A stretch of 62,163 nt of DNA from an uncultured bacterium (lineage in GTDB: Bacteria > Auribacterota > Erginobacteria > Erginobacterales > Erginobacteraceae), in assembly GCA_963822585.1 (NCBI GenBank), contig CAWGIE010000018.1, positions 1 through 62,163 on the forward strand, given 5' to 3'. Under the pieces are notes generated by a model. It was not told the DNA's origin and did not search any database. It saw nothing but the letters and a program-made list of their open reading frames with translations. A program made the translations under genes and the position numbers. This document shows, in pieces, positions 20,262 to 28,822 of the stretch; position 1 is the stretch's first letter, and each line of letters opens with the position of its first letter.

Positions 20262-21035
20262 TCACCGGCGGCAGCCCCATTCCGGGGAGCCGTATTTTTC
20301 TGCGGATAGGCGGCGCGCGGAGCTCATCATCTCCCCGGGGAGGAGAAAGGGGACAACCTCGAAATTCTCCGCCAGGTGATCCCGGAAACGCTTCAAAACC
20401 CGATCCCGGGAAAGATCGACGAAGTCCCCGATGGCAACGCTCCCGGACGAAGGGGCCGGGGGAAGAGAAACAGCCTTCAGATAGGAGTTGATCCGCCGAT
20501 GGGTGCCGTCAAGCGGCAATGAACCATGCTGCAGGAAGTATCCTCTTTTGATGGTGGAGGCGCTGCCGGCGATCTTCTTCCCGGTGGCCGTCTCCACCAG
20601 TTCAAACGCCCCCGGAGCGGAGAAACAGTCGGCCATCGGAGTATAGGCGCCGGGGGCCTTCGAGACGGTCTCGATCCCCAGAGAACGGTAACAGCCCGAA
20701 AGCAGATCGGCACAGAAAGAAAATAAATCCTCCCGGGAGAAGGCGCTCTTGCGATCGTAGGGGATCGCGATACTGTAGGTGATCTCGTTCCAGTGGAGCA
20801 CCCCCCCTCCCCCGGTCATCCGCCGGACCCAGCCCAGCCCGTCACCCGAGAGGGCGGCGAGATCCAGGTCGGCTGCCGCCTGCCCGTATCCGATGGAAAG
20901 AGTGGGCGGTTCCCAGCCGTAGAACCGGATGACGATCTCCCCCTCCCTCCCGATCACCGACTCCCCCAGCACCTCGTCGATCGCCATGTTCAGGGCGCCG
21001 GAACGCGCCGCATCCATGAATAAATTAACCTTCAT
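20262..21035 (-). CDS. Lipoate-protein ligase family (LipM/LplA catalytic domain only)
   Basis: NMAIDE, RFYGWEPPTLSIG, VRRMTGGGGVLH, KKIAGSA and LQHGSL motifs. Start uncertain (21035 or 21074). Confidence 0.88.
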   Translation of the reverse strand: MKVNLFMDAARSGALNMAIDEVLGESVIGREGEIVIRFYGWEPPTLSIGYGQAAADLDLAALSGDGLGWVRRMTGGGGVLHWNEITYSIAIPYDRKSAFSREDLFSFCADLLSGCYRSLGIETVSKAPGAYTPMADCFSAPGAFELVETATGKKIAGSASTIKRGYFLQHGSLPLDGTHRRINSYLKAVSLPPAPSSGSVAIGDFVDLSRDRVLKRFRDHLAENFEVVPFLLPGEMMSSARRLSAEKYGSPEWGCRR

Positions 21036-21202
21036 CAGATTTCGATGCTTTGTTATCCCCGGGTGTTCTCTCATGCTTATTATGGCACGACAGCAACCCG
21101 AAAGAATATTTTACTATTTCCCGGAAAGTTTCATAGTAAAAGCTCGGCGCGGTGTTTTTTCTTCGTGCACTTCGTGTTCTTCATGGTTATTATAGTCTCA
21201 CG

Positions 21203-21703
21203 ATGACGAGGGACCCAAAAGACAGATCGAAGCCGGTCACGCTGGAATTTCTCCGGAGCCACTCTCTCTTCGGGGGGCTGGGGTACGGAGAATTGAAGAA
21301 GATCCGGGAGTTGCTTGACTACCGGCAGTATGACGCCGGCGAGGATATCATCCGGGAAGGCGAACCGGGCGGGACCCTTTACCTGATATGGACGGGTTCG
21401 GTCGAAGTCCTCAAATGCGACCCGGATACGCCGAACCAGGCCTGCGTCTGCCTGGCCGTTCTCACCGTGGGGGACAGTTTCGGCGAGATGGAGCTGATCG
21501 ATGTCCAACCCTGCGCGGCAACCGTCCGGGCCCGGGAGAAAACCACCATCCTGGAGCTCACCAAAGGCAACCTCTACCGGATCGAAAAGGAAAACCTGCG
21601 GACGTTCACCATGATCATCATGAACCTGGCCCGCGAAATCAGCCGGCACCTGCGGACCATGGACGCCGCCGCTGCCCACACACTTTTTAAAAAAGGGGAA
21701 TAA
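21203..21703 (+). CDS. Stand-alone cyclic nucleotide-binding domain protein
   Basis: IIREGEPGGTLYLIWTGSVEV, GDSFGEMELID and AATVRA motifs; no HTH. Confidence 0.88.
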   Translation: MTRDPKDRSKPVTLEFLRSHSLFGGLGYGELKKIRELLDYRQYDAGEDIIREGEPGGTLYLIWTGSVEVLKCDPDTPNQACVCLAVLTVGDSFGEMELIDVQPCAATVRAREKTTILELTKGNLYRIEKENLRTFTMIIMNLAREISRHLRTMDAAAAHTLFKKGE

Positions 21704-21978
21704 ACCACGAAAGTCACGTAGAACAAAACAGATGAAACCACGAAGAACACGAAGGATTTTAATGAACCTATTCACTCATCACATAAAGTGACGGGTGTCT
21801 TTGCCTGGGGAACAGATGGCTTTAGCTGATGAATTAATTCACCTTCCACAGAGGATGGCAGGGATCTTCTAACTCATATCGGAAATGTCTCAAAACGCGG
21901 CATTCTATTTTGATATATCCAAAGGTACCATCTTCATCGATAAAAAATATCTTCGTGACCTTCGTGTCCTTCGTGGTT
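21701..21978. repeat. ACCACGAAG-family inverted element with a ~190-bp non-coding interior
   Basis: AAACCACGAAAGTCACG and AAACCACGAAGAACACGAAGG ... CTTCGTGACCTTCGTGTCCTTCGTGGTT. Confidence 0.8.
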
Positions 21979-21996
21979 ATCCCTTTTCATGGATAA

Positions 21997-22038
21997 TAAA
22001 AGCCGGTACGCCTAACAATTAGGCGTACCGGCTTTTTA
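21997..22038. terminator. Bidirectional intrinsic terminator
   Basis: AAAAGCCGGTACGCCTAA-CAA-TTAGGCGTACCGGCTTTT between convergent genes. Confidence 0.8.
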
Positions 22039-22083
22039 TCCTCTCAGTGTCCTCTGTGTTCTCTGTGGTTTTATACCACGAAG

Positions 22084-23427
22084 CTACGCCGTGATCTCGG
22101 CCAAAGCCTCATCCAGGATTCCCACCCCGACCTTGACCTCGTCCTTGGTCATGGTATGAACCGGGGCCAGGCGGATCGAACACTTCCCGGCGCCCAGGAT
22201 CAGGAGTCCCTTCTTGAACGTCAGCTCGATGAGACGATTCCTCTTGGCGGTGGCCGGCTTCTTGGTCTCTCTCGACTCCACCAGTTCGATCCCCACCATC
22301 GTTCCCAGGGCGCGGACGTCTCCGATCAGCTCGTACTTCTCCTGGAGTTCCCTGATGCCTTCCTGGAGCCATTCGCCGACCCGGGCGGCCTTCTCGGTAA
22401 AGCCCTGATTCTCGTACAGGTCGAGGACCGCCAGGGCGCCGGCCACGACCACCGGATTCCCGCCCAGGGTATTCTCGTGTGTATTGAGTTCCCAGTCCAT
22501 CAGTTCGGCCCGGGTCACGGTGATCCCCATCGGAAGTCCCGCCGCGATCGCTTTCGAGACGCAAAGGATGTCGGGTTCCAGACCGAAGTATTCACTGGCC
22601 AGGAAATAACCGGTCTTCCCGAAGGCGGTCTGGACCTCGTCGACCATGAGGAGGATCCCGTTCTCCCGGCAGATCCGCTGCACCCCTTGGAGAAATTCCT
22701 TGGGAGGGATGATAAAACCCCCGGCACCCTGGATCGGCTCAATGATCATGAAGGCGCAATCTTCCGCGGGGATCACCCGGTTGAGGACGTTCTCCTCCAG
22801 GTACTGGAGACATTCCAGCCCGCAGCTGGAAGAGGATTGTTTGAAGGGGCAGCGGTAGCAATAGGCGTAGGGAGCGAAGGCGACCCCCGGCATCAGGGAG
22901 GAGAGATAGCGCCGCCGGGAGACCGGGGAGTTGGTGGTCAGGGCCAAGGAGCCCATGAAACGTCCGTGGAAAGCCCCCAGAAAGGCGATGGCGCCGGCCC
23001 GGCCGGTGTTATACCGGGCGACTTTGATCCCGCACTCGATGCTTTCCGCCCCGCTGTTGGAAAAGAAAACCCGTTTCGGGAAATCACCCGGGCTCAGTTT
23101 CACGAAACGCTCGGCGTACTCCACCTGGGGCAAGGTCAGATAATCGCAGGAGTTGGCGTGGATCAGTTCCGCGACCTGGTCCTGCACCGCCTTCACGACC
23201 GTCGGTTCCGTGTGTCCCATTACCGAGACGGCGATCCCGGAACCGAAGTCCATGAAAACGTTGCCGTCCACGTCCTCCACGTAGGGGCCGTGGGCCCGCA
23301 GGGCCACCAGGTCCGCCGTCCGGCTCAGGCTGGTGCTGAGCACCGCGTTGTCCCGCTTGATCCACTCCTTGGCCTTGGGGCCGGGGGGATCCACCACGAT
23401 CTTCGGTCCGCTATAGTCGAAGCCCAT
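22084..23427 (-). CDS. Class III PLP aminotransferase (GabT/ornithine aminotransferase-like)
   Basis: DVDGNVFMDF, FSNSGAES, AFHGR, EPIQG, DEVQT and SKAIAAG motifs. Confidence 0.9.
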   Translation of the reverse strand: MGFDYSGPKIVVDPPGPKAKEWIKRDNAVLSTSLSRTADLVALRAHGPYVEDVDGNVFMDFGSGIAVSVMGHTEPTVVKAVQDQVAELIHANSCDYLTLPQVEYAERFVKLSPGDFPKRVFFSNSGAESIECGIKVARYNTGRAGAIAFLGAFHGRFMGSLALTTNSPVSRRRYLSSLMPGVAFAPYAYCYRCPFKQSSSSCGLECLQYLEENVLNRVIPAEDCAFMIIEPIQGAGGFIIPPKEFLQGVQRICRENGILLMVDEVQTAFGKTGYFLASEYFGLEPDILCVSKAIAAGLPMGITVTRAELMDWELNTHENTLGGNPVVVAGALAVLDLYENQGFTEKAARVGEWLQEGIRELQEKYELIGDVRALGTMVGIELVESRETKKPATAKRNRLIELTFKKGLLILGAGKCSIRLAPVHTMTKDEVKVGVGILDEALAEITA

Positions 23428-23540
23428 ATGATTCTCCTTTTTAAATAAGTTCGCCTTTTGGCTGACTAAGACACGAATCGATCATACCGGCAGTAGGACG
23501 GTATCTCGGTGCCGGTCGGACATGTCCGACATGCAGAAAG

Positions 23541-24229
23541 TCAGAGCAATATCTCTCGCGTCGAGGACGAATGCTTCCCCCGGGCGCGGCCAGGACCGGG
23601 TTGAGATCGATCTCCTTTATTTCCGGGTAATCCAGAGAAAGTTGAGACACCCCGGTAATGATCTTGATCAGGGATTCCAGGTGGCAGGGAGCGCTTCCCC
23701 GGGCCCCGGCCAGGAGAGGATAGCCCTTGATGCTCTTGATCATCTTTTCCGCGTCGACGTTTGCAACCGGCGCGATCTCGAAGACCACGTCCTTCAACAC
23801 CTCCACGAAGATGCCCCCGAGACCGAACATGACGGCGGGGCCGAACTGCGGATCCCTCACCATCCCCGTAATCACCTCGATGCCTCCCTTGGCCATGGGG
23901 ACGATCAGCACCCCTTCAATCCGGGCGCCTTTCACCGCCCGGGTCACGTCCTTCATGATCGCGTCAAAGGCCTTGACGGCGGCAGCGGCGGAATCGAGGC
24001 CGAGTTTTACGCCGCCCGAATCCGACTTGTGGATGACGTCCGGCGAAACCACCTTCATGGCCACCGGGAAACCGACCTCCCCGGCCCCTTTCGCGGCCTC
24101 CTCGGCGCTCCGGGCCAGGCGATAATCAAGGACCGGGATTCCGGAGGAGGCCAGGAGTTCATACGCCTCCGGCTCCAGGAGGGAACGGTTCTCTTTTTTC
24201 GCTCTGGCGATGATCTCCTGGGATTTCAT
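23541..24229 (-). CDS. ADP-forming acyl-CoA synthetase, beta (ATP-grasp) subunit; C-terminus apparently frameshifted
   Basis: KVVSPDVIHKSDSGGV, DPQFGPAVMFGLGGIFVE and EIDLNPV motifs. The expected VLDAR-ILL tail lies in shifted frames ending near 23541; the called ORF runs to 23441. Confidence 0.85.
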
Positions 24230-24824
24230 GATACCGCGTCCTTATAGGCCTTCTCGCCGGCCAGAAAGGCCTTCTCGTTCATCTCTTTGAACTTGGGCTT
24301 GAAAGAGCCGGCGATCGCATCCAGCAGAATCTGCCGGTCAAAGCTGATCAGGCCGGTTCCGTAGGCCGCCCCCAGCATCACGATATTCATCGAACGGGGG
24401 TTGCCCAGCTCGCCCGCGATCGTCGTTCCGTCCACCACGGCCACCGTTCCGGCCAGCGCGCGCAGGACCGCTTCGATCTCCTCGATGGGAGGGTACTTCG
24501 CGTTCCCGGTCGAGACGTCGACCGGATAGACCGGGGAGGGGTTCAGGATCACCACCCCGGCGGGACTGGCGAACTTCTGACCGACCCGCAGTCCCTCCAG
24601 CGGTTCCTGGGCGACGATGATATCGGCGCCGCGTTCCCGGACCAGGGGTCCGTAGACATCGCCGATCCGGATGTGGGAACTCACCTTCCCCCCCGCATCG
24701 CCGCGCCGAAAGTTTCCCCCACCCGGGCCTGCTGCCCGGCATTGATGGCCGCCTCGGCCAGGATATGGGAGGCTCTCACGCTTCCCTGTCCGCCAACTCC
24801 ACAGATGATCACGTTTAAATCCAT
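24226..24824 (-). CDS. iorB: Indolepyruvate-type 2-oxoacid:ferredoxin oxidoreductase beta subunit (frameshift in C7 run 24688-24694)
   Basis: Manual translation from 24824 gives MDLNVIICGVGGQG...GETFGAAMRGG, which continues as VSSHIRIG...EPLEGLR...NIVMLGA in ORF 24226-24684. Confidence 0.88.
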
Positions 24825-24884
24825 GTCAACATCTCCTACTTGTTATATGAATTCTTAATGACACCATTTAAGGTTAAGGCCAAG

Positions 24885-24966
24885 TGGAGTAGTGGAGTGT
24901 TGGAGTAATGGGGTACCGGCCTCATCGCCCCCCATTACTCCATCACTCCATCATTCCATCACTCCA
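24885..24966. repeat. Inverted array of 8-bp units (TGGAGTRN / NYACTCCA), copy 2
   Basis: TGGAGTAGTGGAGTGTTGGAGTAATGGGG ... CCCCATTACTCCATCACTCCATCATTCCATCACTCCA, lying between iorA and iorB. Confidence 0.82.
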
Positions 24967-25015
24967 TTTTGCATTACCAACGATCATTCGCATACACGAA
25001 TAATTATGTCCTGGA

Positions 25016-26977
25016 TTACTCAGCCACAATCGCCTTTACCGGGCAGACCTGGCTGCAGATCCCGCAGTCGACGCAGAGGAGCGGATCGATCCCGGCCTTC
25101 TTCTCTTCCGGGTTAAAAAGGGTGGCCGGGCAGCCGACCCGGACACAGGCCTTGCAGCCGATGCAGGTGTCCTTGAGGACGTGGGTCTTCGGCGTGCGGG
25201 CGCCCTCTCTCCGGATGACCTGGAGCATGCACTCCCCGGACAAAATCACCACGGCAAAGCCGGGAAAGTCGATCGCCTCGTTGATGGCGGCTGCCACTTC
25301 TTCCAGGTTGTAGGCGTTGGCGGTCTTGAGGCATTTGACCCCCATCGCCCGGCAGATGGCGGCGATGTCCAGGGTGCCGATCTCTTCCCCCATCCCGTCG
25401 ACGTGAGACCGGGGGCTCGGCTGGTGCCCGGTCATGCAGGTCCAGGAGTTGTCAAGCACCAGGAAAGTGATGTCGGTATTGTAGAGAGAGGCGTCGGCGA
25501 TGGCCGGCAGGCAGGCATGGAAGAAGGTGGAATCACCGGCCACCGCGGCAACCTTCTTGCTCGAATCATCCCCCATCGCGCGGCGCTCGCCGATCGCCTG
25601 CCCGATCCCCGAACCCATCACGTAGGTGGTATCCAGGATCTCGTAGGGAGAGGAGACCGGGTACTTCTTGGTGGCGTCGCCGGTGGGTGTAATCACCTGG
25701 GCGGCCATGCCGTAGCCTCCCTGCTCATAGCAGCCGATATCGCCGTTGACGATAATCAGTTCCTTGCCGCGCTTCTTCATGATCTGGGCCAAGCCGGCGT
25801 AACTGCCCAGGTGGGGACAGCCGGCGCACAGGGCCGAGGACCGGGGAACGGTAAGTTCTTTCGCCTTTTTCAGCGCCTTTTCGTCCTGGGCGACGACGGG
25901 CGGCTTAACTCCCAGGAGGGCGGCCACCGCGTTGATCACCAGGTCGGGGTTGAGCTCGCTGAAAGTCGGCATCACCGCGTTCGAGCCGCGGCCGATAATC
26001 TTCTTTTTCAAGCCCAGGTCGGAGGCCAGCTCTTTTAACCCGTTCTCCAGCATCGGATTTCCTTCCTCCACCACCAGGATCGTCTCGGCGGCGGCCAGGA
26101 TCTGTTTCATCTTCTCCAGCGGCGGCGGATAGACAAACCCGATCTCGAGAACGCTGCAGGCGTCCTTCTTCTTGAGCGCGGTCAGGGCGTCGTTCACGTA
26201 GGAGGTAGCCACGCCGGAGGAGACGATGGCGACGGTACTCTTGGGGTTGATCCGGAGGCTGTTGAACGGTGAGGCTTCCGACGCGGCCAGAAATTCGGGG
26301 TACTTCTCCTTCAGCCAGCCGTGACGGCCGGCCGCGCCCGCCGGGGGTCCGTAGACCGCCCACCGGAAGGGGAGTTCCCAGTGCTTGTTCCAGCCCACTT
26401 CCAGAGGGGCCTTTCCGATCTTGCCGAAGACAACGTCGCCGGAGGCGTGGGAAAGCCGGGTCACCGACCGCAGGAAGATCGGCATCTCCATCTTCTCGGA
26501 GAGTTCGAAGGCGGCGGCGGACATCTCCTTGGCCTGTTGCTGATCTTTCGGCTCCAGGCAGGGCATCTCGGCGTACTGGGCCAGAGAACGGGTGTCCTGC
26601 TCGGTGGAGGAGTAATGGGCGCCGGGATCGTCGGCGACCACGATAACCAGCGCCCCCCGGGTCCCGGTGTAGGGCAGGGTGGCGAAGGTGTCCATGGCCA
26701 CGTTCAAGCCGGCGTTCTTCATCATCACCATGGTCCGGGCGCCGGAGAGAGAGGCCCCGGAGGCGACGTCGATGGCCACTTTTTCGTTCAGGCTCCATTC
26801 GAAATAGAACCCCAGCTCCCCCGCCAGTTCGCCCAGGACCTCCCCCACCTCGGTGGAGGGCGTCCCCGGATATCCGACCCCGACTTCAACCCCCGCCTCG
26901 ACCGCCCCGCGGGCGATCGCTTCATTGCCCATGAGCAGGGTTTTCAACCCGGCTTCATCTTTTCCGACTTTGCTCAT
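25016..26977 (-). CDS. iorA: Indolepyruvate-type 2-oxoacid:ferredoxin oxidoreductase alpha subunit
   Basis: GNEAIARGA, YPGTPSTE, NEKVA, LCAGCPH, GDIGCY, GDSTFFH TPP motif, and two C-terminal ferredoxin Cys clusters. Confidence 0.92.
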   Translation of the reverse strand: MSKVGKDEAGLKTLLMGNEAIARGAVEAGVEVGVGYPGTPSTEVGEVLGELAGELGFYFEWSLNEKVAIDVASGASLSGARTMVMMKNAGLNVAMDTFATLPYTGTRGALVIVVADDPGAHYSSTEQDTRSLAQYAEMPCLEPKDQQQAKEMSAAAFELSEKMEMPIFLRSVTRLSHASGDVVFGKIGKAPLEVGWNKHWELPFRWAVYGPPAGAAGRHGWLKEKYPEFLAASEASPFNSLRINPKSTVAIVSSGVATSYVNDALTALKKKDACSVLEIGFVYPPPLEKMKQILAAAETILVVEEGNPMLENGLKELASDLGLKKKIIGRGSNAVMPTFSELNPDLVINAVAALLGVKPPVVAQDEKALKKAKELTVPRSSALCAGCPHLGSYAGLAQIMKKRGKELIIVNGDIGCYEQGGYGMAAQVITPTGDATKKYPVSSPYEILDTTYVMGSGIGQAIGERRAMGDDSSKKVAAVAGDSTFFHACLPAIADASLYNTDITFLVLDNSWTCMTGHQPSPRSHVDGMGEEIGTLDIAAICRAMGVKCLKTANAYNLEEVAAAINEAIDFPGFAVVILSGECMLQVIRREGARTPKTHVLKDTCIGCKACVRVGCPATLFNPEEKKAGIDPLLCVDCGICSQVCPVKAIVAE

Positions 26978-27133
26978 GCTTCACTTCTCCTTTTTTAAAA
27001 TTTTTCTTCGAAAAATTTTAGTTTTGAACAATTGTGTGGATGTTCAAGTGCAGTAAAAGATATAGCATCATGCCCGAGATATCATCCTTTTTTTCTTCTT
27101 CGTGTCTTTGTGTCTTGGTGGTTATTTTTTAGG

Positions 27134-28491
27134 TCAGCCGGTCAGAATCGAGCGGGCGGCGCGGGCGGCGCGCTCCGGCGTGGGGAAGGTCGGTATCTTG
27201 CTGCTGTTCATCTTCTTGAACTCGACCTCCTCCACTTCCCCGCCCCCGATGTAACAGGCGATGAGCGGCGCGGACAGCGCTTTCTTCATCTCCAGACAGT
27301 TTTCCATGGCCCGGGGGATCGGATCGCCGAAGATCAGGAGATAAAGGTCGATCCCCGGCTCCACTTCCGCCAGGGCCAGGACCGCTTCCTTATACCGTTC
27401 GGCCGGCGTGTCGCCGGTCAGGTCGAGGGGGTTGCCGACCACGCAGTGCGAGGGGAGGACTTCGGTCAGCTTTTTCTTCGCTTCCGCGGAGAGGGGAGCC
27501 ACGTCCAGACCCAGTTCCTCCAGGACGTCTACGGCGACGATGCCGCTCCCCCCGAAGAGGTCAGGACCTGGACCCGTTTCCCGGGTCGCTTCTTCTCCGC
27601 CGCCAGGACCTTGGCGCAATCGTAGAGTTCGTCGATCGACTCCACCTTTTCAAACCCGATCTTGCGCAGGGCGGCGTCGAAGATCTCCCCCCGGCCGGCG
27701 ATCGACTTGGTATGGGATTCGGCGGCTTTCCGGCCCCGCTCGGTCCGGCCGCCTTTCAAAACCAGGACCGGCTTCCGAGCGGCGACGCGCTTTCCCACTT
27801 CCATGAATTTTTTACCGTCCCTGATGCCCTCCAGGTAGACGGCGATGACGTCGCTGCTGGGGTCGTCCCCGAAGAAATTGATCAGGTCGGATTCGTCGAT
27901 ATCGCAGCGGTTGCCCAGGGCGACCAGCCCGGCGATCCCGATCCCCTCTTTCTCGGCCCGGTCGCCCAGGGCGGCCGCGATGGTCCCGCTCTGGGAGATC
28001 AGGGCCAGTCCGCCCTTGCGCTTGATCAGGGGCCAGCTCACGCAGAGCTTGTTGGGCGGATAGTTGATCCCCTGGCAGTTGGGACCGATGATCCCGACGC
28101 CGCCCTTCCGGGCGGCGGAGATCAAAGCCGCTTCCAGGTCGTCGTTGCCGATCTCCCGGAATCCCCCTGAAATCACCACCGCTCCTTTCACCCCCAACTT
28201 CCCCGCCTCCTCGATGACCCCGGGGGCCAGCTTGCCGGGGACGATCACCCCGATCAGGTCGATCGGCTGCCCGACGGCGGAGAGGGAGGGGTAGGCCTTC
28301 AGTCCCAGGATCTCGTCCGCCTTGGGGTTGATGGGGTAAATGGGGCCTTCGTACCCCATGTTGATCAGGTTGTTGAGGATCTCATACCCGAGCTTTTCCG
28401 GGTTCGCGGACGCGCCGACAATCGCCACCGACCGGGCGTTGAAGAGGAGACCCAGGTCCCGCAATTCATGCTTCTGTTCCGTTTTTTCCAC
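27134..28491 (-). CDS. ADP-forming acyl-CoA synthetase, alpha subunit (frameshift in C run 27548-27553)
   Basis: AIVGAS, GPNCQG, ISQSG, SHT phospho-His motif; SSGG continues as SGIVAVD...NPLDLTGD...TPERAA in the next frame. Confidence 0.9.
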
Positions 28492-28606
28492 TCCATCCTC
28501 CTTCCGTGATTTTTTTATAACGACGTCTCACAGTGCCGTGCCGATCTTTGGAACCGTTTCCGGGGATCGCACAAAACCGACTCGCTGCTTCGGAATTTCA
28601 ATAAAT

Positions 28607-28660
28607 CGGGCCGACACAGCGGTCGGCCCCTACGTAGGGGAGGGCCGGCGTGCCCTCCCT
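28607..28660. repeat. Back-to-back GTAG-type REP-like hairpins
   Basis: CGGGCCGACACAGCGGTCGGCCCCTAC | GTAGGGGAGGGCCGGCGTGCCCTCCC. Confidence 0.65.
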
Positions 28661-28822
28661 CAGTTGCGAAGCTAAGTTCTTTTATCTCCGACGGTAGATA
28701 TAACAAGCCAAAACATCAGCCTTGATTATTGCGACTTTTTAAGGTACCTAGTATAGGGAAAAATACTGAATTGGCAACCGCAATAAACCTGTTCGGGAGC
28801 AAATATTTTAAAGGGAAAGGGC

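Noticed and set aside
19804..20491. Repetitive small proteins in several frames
   Set aside because: They are translations of the 40-bp DNA repeat, whose period is not a multiple of 3.
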